Position numbers and translations under genes: made by a program. Source: Lingula anatina (taxonomy: Eukaryota; Animalia; Brachiopoda). Taken from it: a stretch of DNA of 64,000 nt. Shown in pieces: positions 40,990 through 54,536 of the stretch. The stretch lies in NCBI GenBank assembly GCA_051362555.1, contig CM120643.1, forward strand, positions 23,750,848 to 23,814,847, given 5' to 3'. The stretch's first letter is position 1. Every line of letters starts with the position of its first letter. Below the pieces are notes generated by a model that was not told the DNA's origin, searched no databases, and was given only the letters and a program-made list of their open reading frames with translations.

Positions 40990-41164
40990 CAGGCCTAAGC
41001 CAGCAATTTCAAAAGGATGTGGGGGGGGGGGATCTTTTTTTGAAAAAGTGGACCTTTTATCATGAAACTTACGTGTACCTAGAAAAAAATTTTCCCTGAG
41101 GGCACCTTTTTCCGGCAAAAGTGGGGTTCATTCGAACTCCCCGAACCCCCTGGCTACGGGCCTG
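40990..41164. mobile_element. Short TIR element with 5-bp TSD
   Basis: CAGGCC...CTGGCTACGGGCCTG flanked by ATACA; a truncated counterpart begins near 31780 in unit A, so it predates the duplication. Confidence 0.6.
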
Positions 41165-41355
41165 ATACAGTTCCCCGTTTAATACAATTCCATTTTTAGA
41201 ATTGTCTCTGAACTGAAATAGAACATCGCGGGTTATTACCTATGTTACGGGTATGAGATAGAGCCAGAGAGAGAGAGACAGTTTCTAGGGTATTAATAAC
41301 GGAATAACAAGGCCTACTTACGCATTTCTGTTTTAATATTATACTATTGCTTCAG

Positions 41356-41440
41356 ATGAGAGTTGCAACCATTGGAGCCAACGCACTCAAAGGCACAAAT
41401 GGACTAGATTTCTAGGTCGGCACCTCTGGTGATCTCTTAT
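41356..41440 (+). pseudogene. Dead copy of the penultimate carboxypeptidase exon
   Basis: Copy of 32007-32094 with TGG GAA -> TAG; the copy of the final exon (32317-32507) is deleted near 41605; no upstream exons were duplicated. Confidence 0.88.
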
Positions 41441-42655
41441 GTAAAACCCCCTCTTCGAGTGCATTTAAAGAATTCATTCCTGTTTGCTTAGTTTGTTTTT
41501 ATGATTTAGTTGATTTGGAATGTCTTTAGTTAAACTTAAAAGCTTGTATGAATATACATTCTCTCCTCAAACGAACAATGTTGAAAACTGTAAATCCATG
41601 GGTAAAAGTAAAAGATAGTCAAACAACCGGTTTCGTTATTGTTTCCATATTGCACAAAATGCTAAACCGTATCTACCTTTAAACGTGACTATCTCTTAAA
41701 TTATCGTTAAGTCATAGAAATAAGATCAATGTTAGGAATTATTGTGGGTAGTAGACAAAGCTGTTAAGTCGAACCATGATTGTTATGCAAATTGCGCTCG
41801 TGTACAAAAAAAAAAAAAAAAAATCTTGCATACTCTCACCAAATTGCTCGGGGCATATCGCAGGATAGTGGTGCATGGTGAAAGAAAAAGAGTACAATTA
41901 TTTCTGATCAAAACCTGTTTTAAGGAGGATCCACACTGAATACGCCTACTTCGCTTCCTGTGTGCCAGTTTGTCGCTGACCTATAGTGTATTGGTGCATC
42001 TGTAAGCATACGGCGTGGCCCTAACGTGGAGTGCTGCGCTCAGTGAAAGGCAAATTACACTTATGCAAACTGAAGGCGAAAACAGTAAGTGAGTAATACT
42101 CAGTGATAAGAAGTACTAAGGCCTTCGACAGCAGACATCCCACCCACAAAAAAAGGAAAAAAAAAACATTTGAGATGAACAAACAAAATTTTATTAGAAA
42201 GACACCACATCTACTGGTAGGCAGAAAAATTACATCAACAAATACTACGGTGGCATGAATATATTGTTAAAATAGGAATATTTTTGTAATCCACTCTCAA
42301 GAAAACATGCAATTTATCTAATTGCCAGTAAGTGTGTTTGAAATTGCAAGGAACCAATACAAAGCTTTGGTGGCATATTTCAAGTCCCCAATTTCAATCC
42401 ATCCATCTCGCCTAACCACAGCAGAATCCGACATAGTTTAACCACATGAGCGTTCACATAATTTTATCCCTAATCATATTATGGGAAATTCTAACTTACT
42501 ACCTCCCTTTCTATTTGCCTCGCATCTGCGTCAAACAATAAACACATAGAATGCACTTTAAAACATGTTTCTACGTATGTAAAATCTATTTTTGATATGT
42601 GCGTGTCAGCATAAATTGATAATTTCTAAGCTAGAGTTTTTTCAATGAAAAAATC

Positions 42656-45357
42656 TCATGAAGCTACTGGTATTTTATCAAGTGCCTGTTTAAGATCTTC
42701 CATCAGAACGTCCATGTCTTCAATTCCGACACTGCAAGAAAACATGCACCGTATTGTAATCTGTTGAACCAGTACACTTGTTTTTAACTTTAAACACGAG
42801 GTTAATTTACGTGATTCCACAAATAAATCATTATAAATGTGAATTATCTCCAAAACATCTTTAACACATTCTCGTCGAGTCTCCAATCTGCATGGTATTA
42901 GTATTCCAATCAAAAATCTTGAAATGCAGTGCGTGCAGATACAATAAGATCAAAAGGCCCTCTTTTTATACATATTTAATGGAACTGCACTAACCTCAGC
43001 CTAACCAGGGTCTCAGGGAGGTTATTCATCGCGACACACTCCTCCCCCGAGATCCATGGACCGTGGGTCATCAGGCTGGCCAGCTCTATTAGACTGCGGA
43101 CACCGCCAAGGGAAACCGCGAGTTTTATCACTTTCAGGTTCTGAAATGTATGGAAATGTCTCAAAATGATGAACTGGTTATCTTTAGGAGAATGGTCACC
43201 ATGAAAAGATTTGGTTATGAAAAATATGGAAAAATCTAATCATGATTGACTGGTAAGCTGTGTGAGATTGTGGACAAAGCAGATGAACACTGCAAACTTC
43301 ATCGCTTTTATTAATTGAAAAGTTCAAATATGTAGTGATATTAACTTAAAATGAAACTAGACAATTCCAGAGGATTACACGATAAAAAGTTTGAGGAAAA
43401 TTCAAGTAAACTCCAATATTGATTGTTCTTATATTCTTATGGTATTAGTATTTGTATTCCCTTGTTGGAGTATGTGTACGTGTCCTAAGAATCGACACAT
43501 CCAGTTGGATTTTTTCTTTAAAGTAGAGATTCATTTACTCTTAAAAACTTTCGGTCGCTTTTGAAGCGATGTGGATTTTCTTAAAACCATCAATGACAAT
43601 ATTTCAAACATAACAGGTTTGCATTAAGAACACGTTCTTTACCTCGACAAAACTCTTGGCACATTCCAGTGAACATTTCATGTCGAATGCAATCATGCCT
43701 GCGTAAACTTTCATTTGTTTTTTAGCTGTGTCGTGCTGTGGGTGGGAGGGGAGGCCGGGATACCATACTTGATTTACGATTGGATGGTTCTCCAGGAACT
43801 TGGCCAGTCCCAATGCATTCTGGGAGTGTTTTTCCATCCGAACACCGAGAGTTAACACTCCCCGGTACAAAAGAGAGGCGTCAAATGGATTCTGCTTGGT
43901 AGAAATGGAACAAAATTACTCTAAATTACTCTACTGTACATAAATAAATGGTAGAGATAAGACGAACTAGATTTGATCATCAAGTATGCTCCAATATTCC
44001 TAATATCATATTTGAAGTATTATCAGTAAAATCTTGATGACGAATTGTGGTCATAAACTAAACAGGTAATTGGTTTAGAAAATGATACAAAGATTATGCG
44101 ACATGTATATGTAGAGTTGCTAGCTCGAATTAGACACCTTTCAAAATGTGATAATGACAGGCTTATATGTTGTTCAGTTCTTTGGCCACTATACTCACTA
44201 GTCTGTTACCCGCTGTTATGGACATATCTTGGATGACGTCATACAGTTCTTTTGTTCTTGTCGTGGCACATCCACCAAGAAGATCACTGTGGCCGCCCAA
44301 ATACTTGGTGCTGTAATTAAGGCAGGCACAGACAACAGTTATTGGCTTAAAAACAACAAATGTGTGACTTTTGGTGTTTCATTTTTTTTTCATGAGAGCA
44401 TATTGCTTAATTATCACGGATTGGTGAACATACCAGTTAGTTCAGTTACGGTCGTTTGCTACTGGTTTGCAAAGGGTGGGAATACTTTAAAAAGGGGGGG
44501 GGGGGAGTGTACGATACAACCGTCCGTTTTGCTACGAAGCAACTTTGTGATTTAACAAGAAGAAACCTGCAGTGCCTCTTTCAGCTCCTGCTTTACATAC
44601 ATTAACACTCCTTTTTCTCTAGGAGATGATTCCATGCTTTTGTTCTGAATGGACAGGAAATCAATTACAGCAAACTCGATATTTTAAAAACCTCTGTCTC
44701 TGTCTCTTGACGTTTCACTTACCAACTGTTAAAACAGATGTCTACTCCATGCTTAATAGGCTGCTGGACGTAAGGGCCACCAAAGGTGCTGTCCACCACT
44801 GTGATCACCCCAGGGAGACTCTGACCAAGTTTTCCAAAGGCATCGAGGTCCAGAATGGTCAATATTGGGTTGCAGGGGGTCTCCCCGTATAGTATCTAGG
44901 GGGATATTTGAAGTTGATTGTTGGATGTCAATTTGGTTTGGTGTAAAGAAGTAAAAGGCAAAACAAAACAAAAATGCAATGAAATGACGTTTTCAACCAT
45001 TCATCAGACTAACTCAGACTAAATTTAATGACATTTACATGATATACATTTCTTCTATGTTTGACATGTATCGATATCTACTCAAACACCTGGCAGGTTT
45101 CCGGAAAAGGGGCTCAGATTGTATCAAAACAGGGAGGCAACGCAGTTGTGCATTATAATTATACATATCTTTCTTCAGTGCTAAATATGTATTGTGCTAC
45201 CTTGGTGTTTTCCTTGACGTGTTTCCGGTACATCTCTACGTCACATCCGGCAGGAACCCTGGTAATTTCTATCTGCATCTTGGGGACCAGAAACTTTCTG
45301 ATGAAGTTGTCTACACCACTGTACACTGGGTAGTTCATCACCTACCATTCCAAGGTG

Positions 45358-45406
<49 letters not shown>

Positions 45407-47480
45407 CGCCCGTAGATATTTAACATGGTAGAAATATGGCAAGCAGTTACAGAAATTGTGTACGCAAATACGCTTACCTGTGGATATCGCAGTTAACCTT
45501 AAATACGTGGTATTTATTGGATACGATCACAAATACATATTTTGAAGTGAGAAAAATTACATAAAGAAAATGTGTAAGATATATCTAAATTAAAAGAGAT
45601 TGATGTCGTGACGATAGTGAAGGACTATAATAAAGGACAACATTTTGTTTCTCACCATGTGGTCTCCAGGCTTCAGAAAAGCCATAAATATGGTGGACAC
45701 GGCTGCCATGCCGCTGCTGAACGCGCAGGTGCCAACCCCGCCCTCTAACTCCTTAATAGCATCCTCTGCTACTCTAGATGTGGGACACCCGTGTCGCAGA
45801 TAGAAATAACCATCCTGAAGTTATAGAAACCGAAATGTCATGTTGTAAATGGTTTCAGTAAATAATGTCCGTTTTTTCTAAAACTCCACTAAAAGTTTCA
45901 GTGTCCTGCAAATGAATGCTAAGTGAAGAGCATCTGGTTTGAGGATAAAGTGACGCCCTTGTCCATTAATGTGATCGCTAATGGTTCTCATACTTTGAGC
46001 AATTTACCTTTCAGTTTAATTCAGAAATGTAAAAGGGCAATGTTTGAGGGCTATTGCATGTTTATTTACATTGGAAGGGGGAGTAAGTTATCTCGATCCA
46101 CGTCCTCAAATCACCGTGGCAGGCCTGTTATTTACATACCTCTCCGTCACAAAGGGACCATTCAGATTGAGAAGAGCCGAGTGCCAGTAAGGCCGCGGCC
46201 TCAATATGGCAGACCTACATGAAAGGAAGACCGCTAATCCTGTGATGGTCTCTCCGCCTCTCACACGCCTCCTCACGCGTTGTCCCTCGACCGGTTGAAT
46301 TGAGCCGAGATTTAATTACTGTGCCCCTGCAGGATCGACACGTGGGGAGGCGTGTTAGAGATACCATTACAGGATTAAGCGGTCTTCCTTTCATGTAGGT
46401 CCGCCATATTTAGGTCGCGGAGTACTAGCACTCGGCTCTTCTCAATCTGAAATTCAGAATGATCCCAAAATCATCGATATCCGCCCTCATTCGTCACGAT
46501 ACAATTTTGATATAACTTGATTCAAGTGGAAGAAGAACGGTATTCTATTTATCTAACGTTTGTTACAATACGTCTTTATTTCCGAGGGTAAGAGCATTGA
46601 ACCAAAGATTGCAACATGGACTCACAAGTCCCCGTCTTTTGTCAGCACACTTATGATCAGGTATAAGCCAGCCTAAAGAAATCCATGCTAAACTTTCAAG
46701 CAAGAAGCACCTGGATTGATTTCTTTTTGAAAAGGAAATTCCAACGTACATAAACCGAAACACAGCACCAGTGTTTGACTTTAGATTAGTCCATGGGTCC
46801 TGATCCACCTAAAAAGTCTGTTAATTAGCTCATGATAAACCAGTAGCTAGAACTAGTGGTCTTAACTTTAGCCATTTCTTTCGTGATATTAAATAGGCGC
46901 AACATGGCATCTAGGCGGTTCACCACTGGTTTATCTTCGGTCAATGTAGGTAAAACGCTGCGCCTAAATATCCAGTTTCACTTTTGATGGGTTTTTATGT
47001 GTTATCGAACGTTGCAGTTAAATTTTCTGAAACTTAGTCTAACCTAAGGTTTTACCTGCTAGGCAGATCGGAAGCACTTTTGAGAAGGAGTTTGAATCGA
47101 GAATGGGGCTTACCATTCAGATACGTGTAGCGACGGAGATGAGGGAAAGCTGACTGCCAAATTATAAAGCACTGAATGATTTGTGTAAATATACATTTTA
47201 CTAAAGTAAGTGGAGAGCTTCCTCCTTTCAGGACTGACGAGAACGTCATGGAGGGTTCAAAAACCAGAATACTTAACCCCACGGTAAAAAGCATAATTCT
47301 TCCTTCCTTGTGCTTGATATGTACCATTCTTGATAGACCTGACTACAGTGTATACTGCCGCTTTCAAGAACTTACCTTGTTGATAAGTTCTTCAAAAGTG
47401 TCCATTGATTTAACATAGTATGTGGACGCTTGGTAGATTGGTGGCATTATTGGGGTGCTGTACTTTAGACGATCATCCAT
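42656..47480 (-). CDS. PLP-dependent Cys/Met metabolism lyase (methionine gamma-lyase / cystathionine gamma-lyase family), copy 2
   Basis: Exons 5'->3': 47480-47376, 45814-45656, 45341-45201, 44895-44723, 44310-44199, 43891-43643, 43140-42995, 42731-42656. Same exon sizes and motifs as copy 1; no stop or frameshift noticed. Confidence 0.9.
45362..45402. repeat. (TA)n microsatellite
   Basis: About 20 TA units, absent from the matching intron of copy 1. Confidence 0.9.
46154..46466. mobile_element. Palindromic MITE inserted after the duplication
   Basis: Long inverted arms (TTCAGATTGAGAAGAGCCGAGTGC / GCACTCGGCTCTTCTCAATCTGAA); AAA TSD; empty site CACAAAATCATCG in unit A near 37127. Confidence 0.85.
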
Positions 47481-47644
47481 TGTAAAGTTTTGTATCTATA
47501 CTTATTTAACAGCAAAACCCAGCTGATCCCTATGCTCTTGTTGTCAAAAGTGGATTAAGCGAGCTTTTTGTATCTCTCCAGCATGTCAACCACGTGTATC
47601 GCGACTGATATATGTTTGGGTACGTTGTAAAGTAGGCTATCTAA

Positions 47645-48336
47645 AGCCTGTGTCCCAAGCCGACCTACGAGTTTCTACGTCTGGTCTACGGCCAAAAACT
47701 TGGGGAAAACGTGGGATTTCGAGCGTGAGGAGCACGTCCATCGTGCAACTTTTGAAGGTCGCAGACATTACGTAGAAATTTTACGATATGTTCAACAGCC
47801 GCGGTCTACGGAAACTAAAAAAAAAAAAATGGAAAAAGTACGACATGCCAATGTGTACCGTTCGCCTGTCGTGCACCTGTCGTGCGCTTGTGGTACGGGC
47901 CACGTGATAAAATTATTTTTCCCACTTCGATTTGGTGGCAACGGTGCGTGCGATGCACGTGGTTGAAGCGCAGGATACACGTACTTATTTCTTGCTCATC
48001 CCGTGCTTACTCCGCACTTTCACGCCCGCACCGTGTGAACCTGGCGGGCTTCTGGTATGAACTTGGATATGGTGTTATGAGCCACCCTGAAGTTCAATGC
48101 CAGACTGCGGTAGCTTGCCCCTGTTGCCAGAAACCGCAAAGTGATGACAATGTTCAATCCTAATTCTGACGTGCAGGGGCTGTGCTTCTCACGTACTTTC
48201 CACGCACTCACTGCTTGCGCACTCCTTGCAATCACCAATTACTTGATTCCTTCCCTGCGATCTCGCTATTGCCTAGCCAGACGCGAGTAAAAAAACGTAC
48301 GTCCTGAAAATCGTGCGTGTAGTTGAGACCCAGGCT
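47645..48336 (-). mobile_element. Internally deleted PIF/Harbinger DNA transposon
   Basis: TIRs AGCCTGTGTCCCAA / TTGAGACCCAGGCT; TAA TSD (47642-47644, 48337-48339); transposase fragment ITLRFLATGASYRSLALNFRVAHNTISKFIPE; empty site GGCTATCTAATACAAC in unit A near 39013. Confidence 0.9.
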
Positions 48337-49527
48337 TAATACAACTGAAAAGTGATAAGGACGGTATAGTCCACCAGTTACAGGTATGGTAAGGTTTTAA
48401 CATAATTTGAGATGCAGGCATACCATTTGCCGGATTGGGATTGGTTATAAGTCAAATATATTTCCAAGCATAAGATTACATTCAATATATAATACACCAT
48501 AACTGATATTTTGTGCGTATGCATTGTAAATTAGACTATCGCGAACACAACTGAAATATGACACGGGCGATACAGTCCAGCAGTTATGTTAAGGTTTTTG
48601 TGAAAATATCCATCGTTAGAGGCAAGCATGAATTTTGTCAGGATTGGAAAAGATTTCTAAGCGTAAAATAACATTCAGTCGTGACCTCGGTAACAGTGTG
48701 GAAGCAACATCTCACATTTCCTTACTTGACCACACGTGTATACCTCCGCGATAATTCAAACAAATGTCTTTTCCGCAGTGCACTTAAGTGTTGTGCTTGA
48801 CTTTCAAATTTGAAGGATTTTTCATAAACCCCTGGACTAAAGAGTGCATGCCCTCTTCTTACATGTATTTCAGGACGGAAAAAAATAAACTAATGTCTTA
48901 CACCCATATTCGATTGTGTTGCCAATTTCTATTTTAAAGGGGAATGATGAAACCTAAATATCGATCGTTTTGTAAAAAGAAATTACATCTGGGTTAAAAA
49001 GTCACATAAAGAAATTCGTGCATTGAATACATAAAACGTATACCTTACATAACATTTACACACATGAGCTTTTTTTTCTGCACAGTGTCTGGAACAAAGT
49101 CTCTTTCTTTATTTGCAACATCTTTATTCATAATTTCAATTCAGCATTCATTCCATGCACTTCGTCTATTTGTTTAGAAGCAGTTGTTCTTCAAATCAGT
49201 AACATCAGAATCACAATTACATTAAAAAACAATAACAAATAAAAAAGTCACCTGTTTGTTACATTAGCATTGTTCGAATATATCCATATTGTCATCAATA
49301 CTCATGTCAATGGACTTGACAAGAACTCTTCAAAATTGCCCGTCATTAAGAGCGCTGATCATTGATCAATTTAACCACCTTCATCCTAACGGTGCAAATA
49401 ATGAAATGAATCAGAGGTAGATTAAAAGTTAACAATAAAAAATGTTTGTCTGCTATATCGTGGTGAAGTTTTCTAAGTACGTATCGTTTCGGCAGTTATC
49501 GGCAGTTTCCGTGCACGTGCTGTGTGC

Positions 49528-52500
49528 CTATTGGTCAACATAGCCGTCTGGGTATTGGATGGTGTATCCTGCCGGGCAGACCGGTTTAGAACAACACTTG
49601 CCAAACTCCGGAGCCTGGAGACTACATGCTGATGGAAGCTGCCATGTAGGGCACCTGTTGATATAAGGAGTGAATTCAGAGGGATGTGCATAGTTAATTT
49701 TTTCAGATATGCGTAAAGAAGTGATTTGAATAAATCACAATGTGCTTCAAAATACGAAAAAAATCATGTTTTCATATTTATCAATGAAGTTAATTTTTTT
49801 TAAATTTTGGTCATTACGTTATAGTTCTTGGTCACGTGGACGGTGGACACTGGGGTTACGTACACAAAGCTGGACCAATTTAGGCCAAAACACACTTTTC
49901 AATCTTGAGGGTGCGTGCAATCAGATTATTAAAATCTACTTCATAAGTATGTAATATGCAGTGAATTCAGATCAACTTTGAAAACATCGCGGACTTTTTA
50001 CAAAAAATGAACTTTTACCCAATAATTGACCATCACTGTACATTAAAAATTTTGTTAACTTTGATCTAAGACAGATTAGTTGTAGTCCAATAGAAATGAA
50101 CCAATACCATAACAAGAAAGACGTAACCAGTCCTTACTTATGTTTACGCGGACTTCTATGGAAGATAAGCAAAATCAATTTTCTGGGTTAAAGTTTAGAC
50201 TAATTAGGCCAAAGACCTTTTTGTTCACCGGACCTTGTTTTAATGTACTTACCTCTTATAACAGGTATATTTGCCGGCGGAACCACACGAACACCTGTAG
50301 TCGCAGCCATCATACCAAACCTCATCCTTGTTGTACAACTTACCCTTATACAGGCATTTGTTGGCTGAAAAATTTAACAGAATTAAGGTACAGTCTTCTT
50401 TAGATACACACGTTATTTGCATCGTGTAATGAATTGGGTTCAGTAATTTTAACCGTTTGTCTATAAACAGGAGTGCCATTACATAATGGTGAATACATGG
50501 GAACTCCCACAGAAAGGAGCATCTTAGCTACATTTGATTTCTCATAATTGGTTTAATTCTAATTTGACTTGTTAAAGTAATTAACCTTCGTCATCTTATT
50601 TTGGTCAGAGAGAGAGAGAGAGAGACAGAGAGAGAGAGGGGGGAGGGGGAGAGGGAGAGTAAGTTGTAAGTGACAAAGGAGTTGCATGATCGCATACTTG
50701 TCTCACTAATTACAGGTCCATTGTTCCCAGTGATGACGGCAATGGTGCCGTTGGCACTGCTTCCACCGGTTCCAGTACCAGTACCGGTTCCTCCAGTAGA
50801 ACCGCCAGTACTGCCTGTTCATATGAACAATACCAATTAATATGGTCATAGTGCATAGTTTAAGTTCCAAGTGTGCACTTCTTTTGAGATTCTATCACTA
50901 TGACATTATACTTTAACTTTTAAATTCCTTTAGAAATAATAAATAAACCTTACATGTATCACCTAATGTGAAAAAAGCTCTTGCTTTGAAACCTTCTTCA
51001 TGAAAATCAGATTAACAACCAATGAAAATCATAAGCCAACATAGCCCTCATTAAGAAAGTCCACTAGCATATGAGCTTTCAGAAGAGCGTGCTATGTATA
51101 AGTAATTAACTGATGCCTCATTCGCCCCTTACCACAAAGGTTACAACGGTTGGCGCAGTTGTCTCGTGCCCAAGGCTGGTAGATACCCTCGCACGCGGAC
51201 TGGGGGTAGTTGTTACAGTTTGGAAGCTTGTCCCGACATGTTCCTGATTACATGGCAGGGGTAGTAAAAAAAAAGATTTCTTTTTAATAGTAAACCGAGT
51301 GAAATACATGTAGGTACGATTAAAAGAGAAATGAAATCAGAAAGGTTCAAAAGGTTACTAATTAGCTGTGTTGTACGTATTTATAGATAAAGCTGTGCAT
51401 TCTGGTAATATTATAAAGTGATTAAATTACTATTTTACTCTCAATTGGGGTTCTGCTGAAAACTGGTAATTTTAATATAAAAGCACCACGCATGCCCTTA
51501 CCAGGTCCTGTTCCGGTTCCTGTTCCCGGGTTAGCAGTGGTTCCCCCTCCCACGCCGGTGTTACTACCTAGAACGCAGCAAAGAGAAAATACCATGGTGT
51601 GTATAAAAACATCAAACACAAATTTAAACATTGCGGCACAACAATTATTCCCACGTAGTGTTTGAACGTTCACCAGTTTTTAAAACGTTTTAAACGGCGT
51701 CTGTCGAACTGACATTGTTTCCATTTATCCAAATTCTGTGTTTGTTTCCTGATTTAATTTGACAGGTAACGTCAGCTGTGCTTATCAAGTATGTACTTAA
51801 AAATCAGACAGTAACCATCACATGGCACACACCCAATTCTCATCATTCTACTTTGACAGAAAATATCAATACACCGGCCATACATACATTGCACTACTTT
51901 ACAGCACTGTCCTGGTGACGTCACAAGTGAGCACGTGTTTGGAAGATTTGGATACTGAGGACACCTTGATGGTTTAAATAAAAATGCTCGATAAAAGAAA
52001 ACCATATGCCATGTCTATGCAGCAGTACATTAGATTAGATAATGGGTAGAACATAAAAGATTGAAAAAGCAGGTGGTATGTCTCTTTTCTTACAAAGGAA
52101 AATATTACACTGTTTTCAAATTTGTATGAAATCACAGACAAATACGACTTAGACAGAGTTCTATCTAGGGCATTGGTTCCACTTACTTGTTCCTGCACTG
52201 ATACATGCCGACGGTACCGTCGATACACTGACAGTCGAAGTCACATCCGTCGGCCCATGAAGATCCGGTGGCATGGAGAGTGCCTTTATAGAAGCAGCCG
52301 TCTAAAAGACAAGTTTTAATAATTGGTTAATAATGGACACCATACCCACCGACATCCCACAAAATGTGCACTAGTGAATGAGCATTCTGGCATTGTATAA
52401 ATTTACGCACTGCACATAAAACAACATATACAAACCACTTTTCAGTGAATACTGAATGCTTGCTATAGTTCTAATTTTATTAAAATAACAACCTCAAGTA

Positions 52501-54502
52501 AATGCTCTATTTGGAGAATAGAGAACATTATACTGGGTACCTCTGTTCAGTTCAGTAAATCACTGAACATCTAGAAAATTATATTTCCTTACTTCTGGAC
52601 CCGGTGTAGCCCGGTGGGAAGGAGCCGATGCCGACAAAGGTACTGACGGTTCCAACAGGGACGCTGCCTCCAACTCCAGTGACTCCGCCAGTGTTTCCTC
52701 CCTGCGCCGGGTTTACACCTGTGATAGTGGCCACAGTGGCCGTGATCTGGGTGCCACCTGACCAGTCACATGTGGGCAGCATACAGCAGGTGTCTGATGG
52801 ATCTGGTTCCAGTCGACACTGGGCGGGCAGGCTCGCGTACTGAGAACACCTGTTATGTATAAATACCATACTTAAGTTATGTTTCACTGCAATATTTCAG
52901 TGTATAACAAGATACATGTATATTCAGGAAAAGGGCTTACAGATATTATACTTTTTTAAAGTTTTGTCAAATTCATGGAGCATATTCTCAGAAGTTTTGG
53001 CTGTCGATGCCATAGTTTTGTCATCAAGATAACAGCATTCAAGCGACATTCATAATTTCGATAGTCCAATTCATTTAATCTTTGTCCTAGGCTATGTCAT
53101 TATGTTTGTCCTATGTCATTATTAAATAAGGTGACATAGTGTTGATTTAACTCTGCCCAGTGCTTCTAGTCGTCCCTAATTAGGTTCAAATACCTTTGTT
53201 GGCATTTATAGAAACCATTCTCACACGTGCAGCGGTACTGGCAGCCGACGTCCCAGGACTGTCCGGGATTGTAGCGGACACCGTTGAATGTGCACGAATA
53301 TCCTGTGAAAATTAAGATCTCTCAAATACGAGCCCAATATAAAACATATACTTCTTTATAATGAAAAATAGCACTGAACATGTTTTTGTCCAAAATTGCT
53401 GGAAAATTATACAAAACTGCGTAGAGATACTGTTTTAACATGAAACAGAATTATACCCGCATATACTGCGTACAGATAACAAAAAATGCATGAAAAGAGT
53501 TAACATGCGTGCAGTTGACAAGATTGTCTAAATGGTTCAGTATGCTTACGGACACCTGAATGCTGATTATTATTGTCGAACGTTTTCTTAAAAAGAGCGC
53601 TTGAAAGAAAGACACCGCGGCTCACTGCCACAGTGCTATTGACCTACCTGTCCCGGTGACCACCGCCTGTGTCGTTCTACTGCTGAAATCACACTGAGGA
53701 ATCTGGCAACATTGATCTTTGGGATCCTGGATGAGTTTGCATTCAGATGGCAAGTTTGCGTAGCGTGAACATCTATAAAGTTAAAAATATACCACGGTTC
53801 ATATGCAGTGAAATCTGGATAAGATGTATTGCCTGCTTTGGGGAAAAATTTACTTTCCACGGAGAAGTGAAGGAAACGCATATCTGTCAGTTCATTACAT
53901 ACATATTACAGCATCACATGCTCTATTCGACTTCTACATACGCACTTACAATTGCTTTGTACAAAAAATAAACAATTTAATAATGATTACGGCTTATCTT
54001 AAGCCCAGCTTCTTACAGTCGTACCACAGTTAAGAGACGCGCGCAGTAATTATATTTACTATCATTAAGTATGCGCCTCACTTTTGTTGACATGTGTAAC
54101 TTCCGGTGTTACTGTCCACACACTCGCAGTTGTAGTCGCAGCCGTCCTGCCATATCTGGTACTGGTAATACTTATTGCCACCATACATACAGTAACCTAC
54201 GCAAATAAGAGTAAAATAATGGCTCTATTATCTATGCACATGATTTTGGGAGGGAGGGAAGGAGCAGTGACAACGGCTTCTTGGTTTGTGATGGTTTAAT
54301 ACCATATAATTATCTTATTTCATTATATTACATAATGATATCATATTAAAATATATAGATTTTTATATATATATATTTTAATATATATCATTATATTTTA
54401 ATATAATGATATCATATTAAAATATATAGATTTTTATATATATATTTTAATGTATATCATTATATTTTAATATAATGATATCATATTAAAATATATATAA
54501 AA

Positions 54503-54536
<34 letters not shown>

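Larger units (their letters stand above)
40790..48962. repeat. Tandem segmental duplication, unit B
   Basis: Direct, head-to-tail copy of 31577-40777 with its own insertions and deletions. Confidence 0.9.

Noticed and set aside
41760-42200. Sequence specific to duplicate unit B
   Set aside because: Likely a repeat insertion, but termini and TSD could not be defined.
31577-48962. Duplication as an uncollapsed haplotype
   Set aside because: Unit B has a stop-containing exon and lacks the last carboxypeptidase exon, and the divergence is substantial; this fits a true partial duplicate. Not formally excluded without reads.
53626-53647. Alternative GTGAG donor at 53625
   Set aside because: It gives phase 2, incompatible with the phase-1 downstream exon; the donor at 53647 keeps frame.
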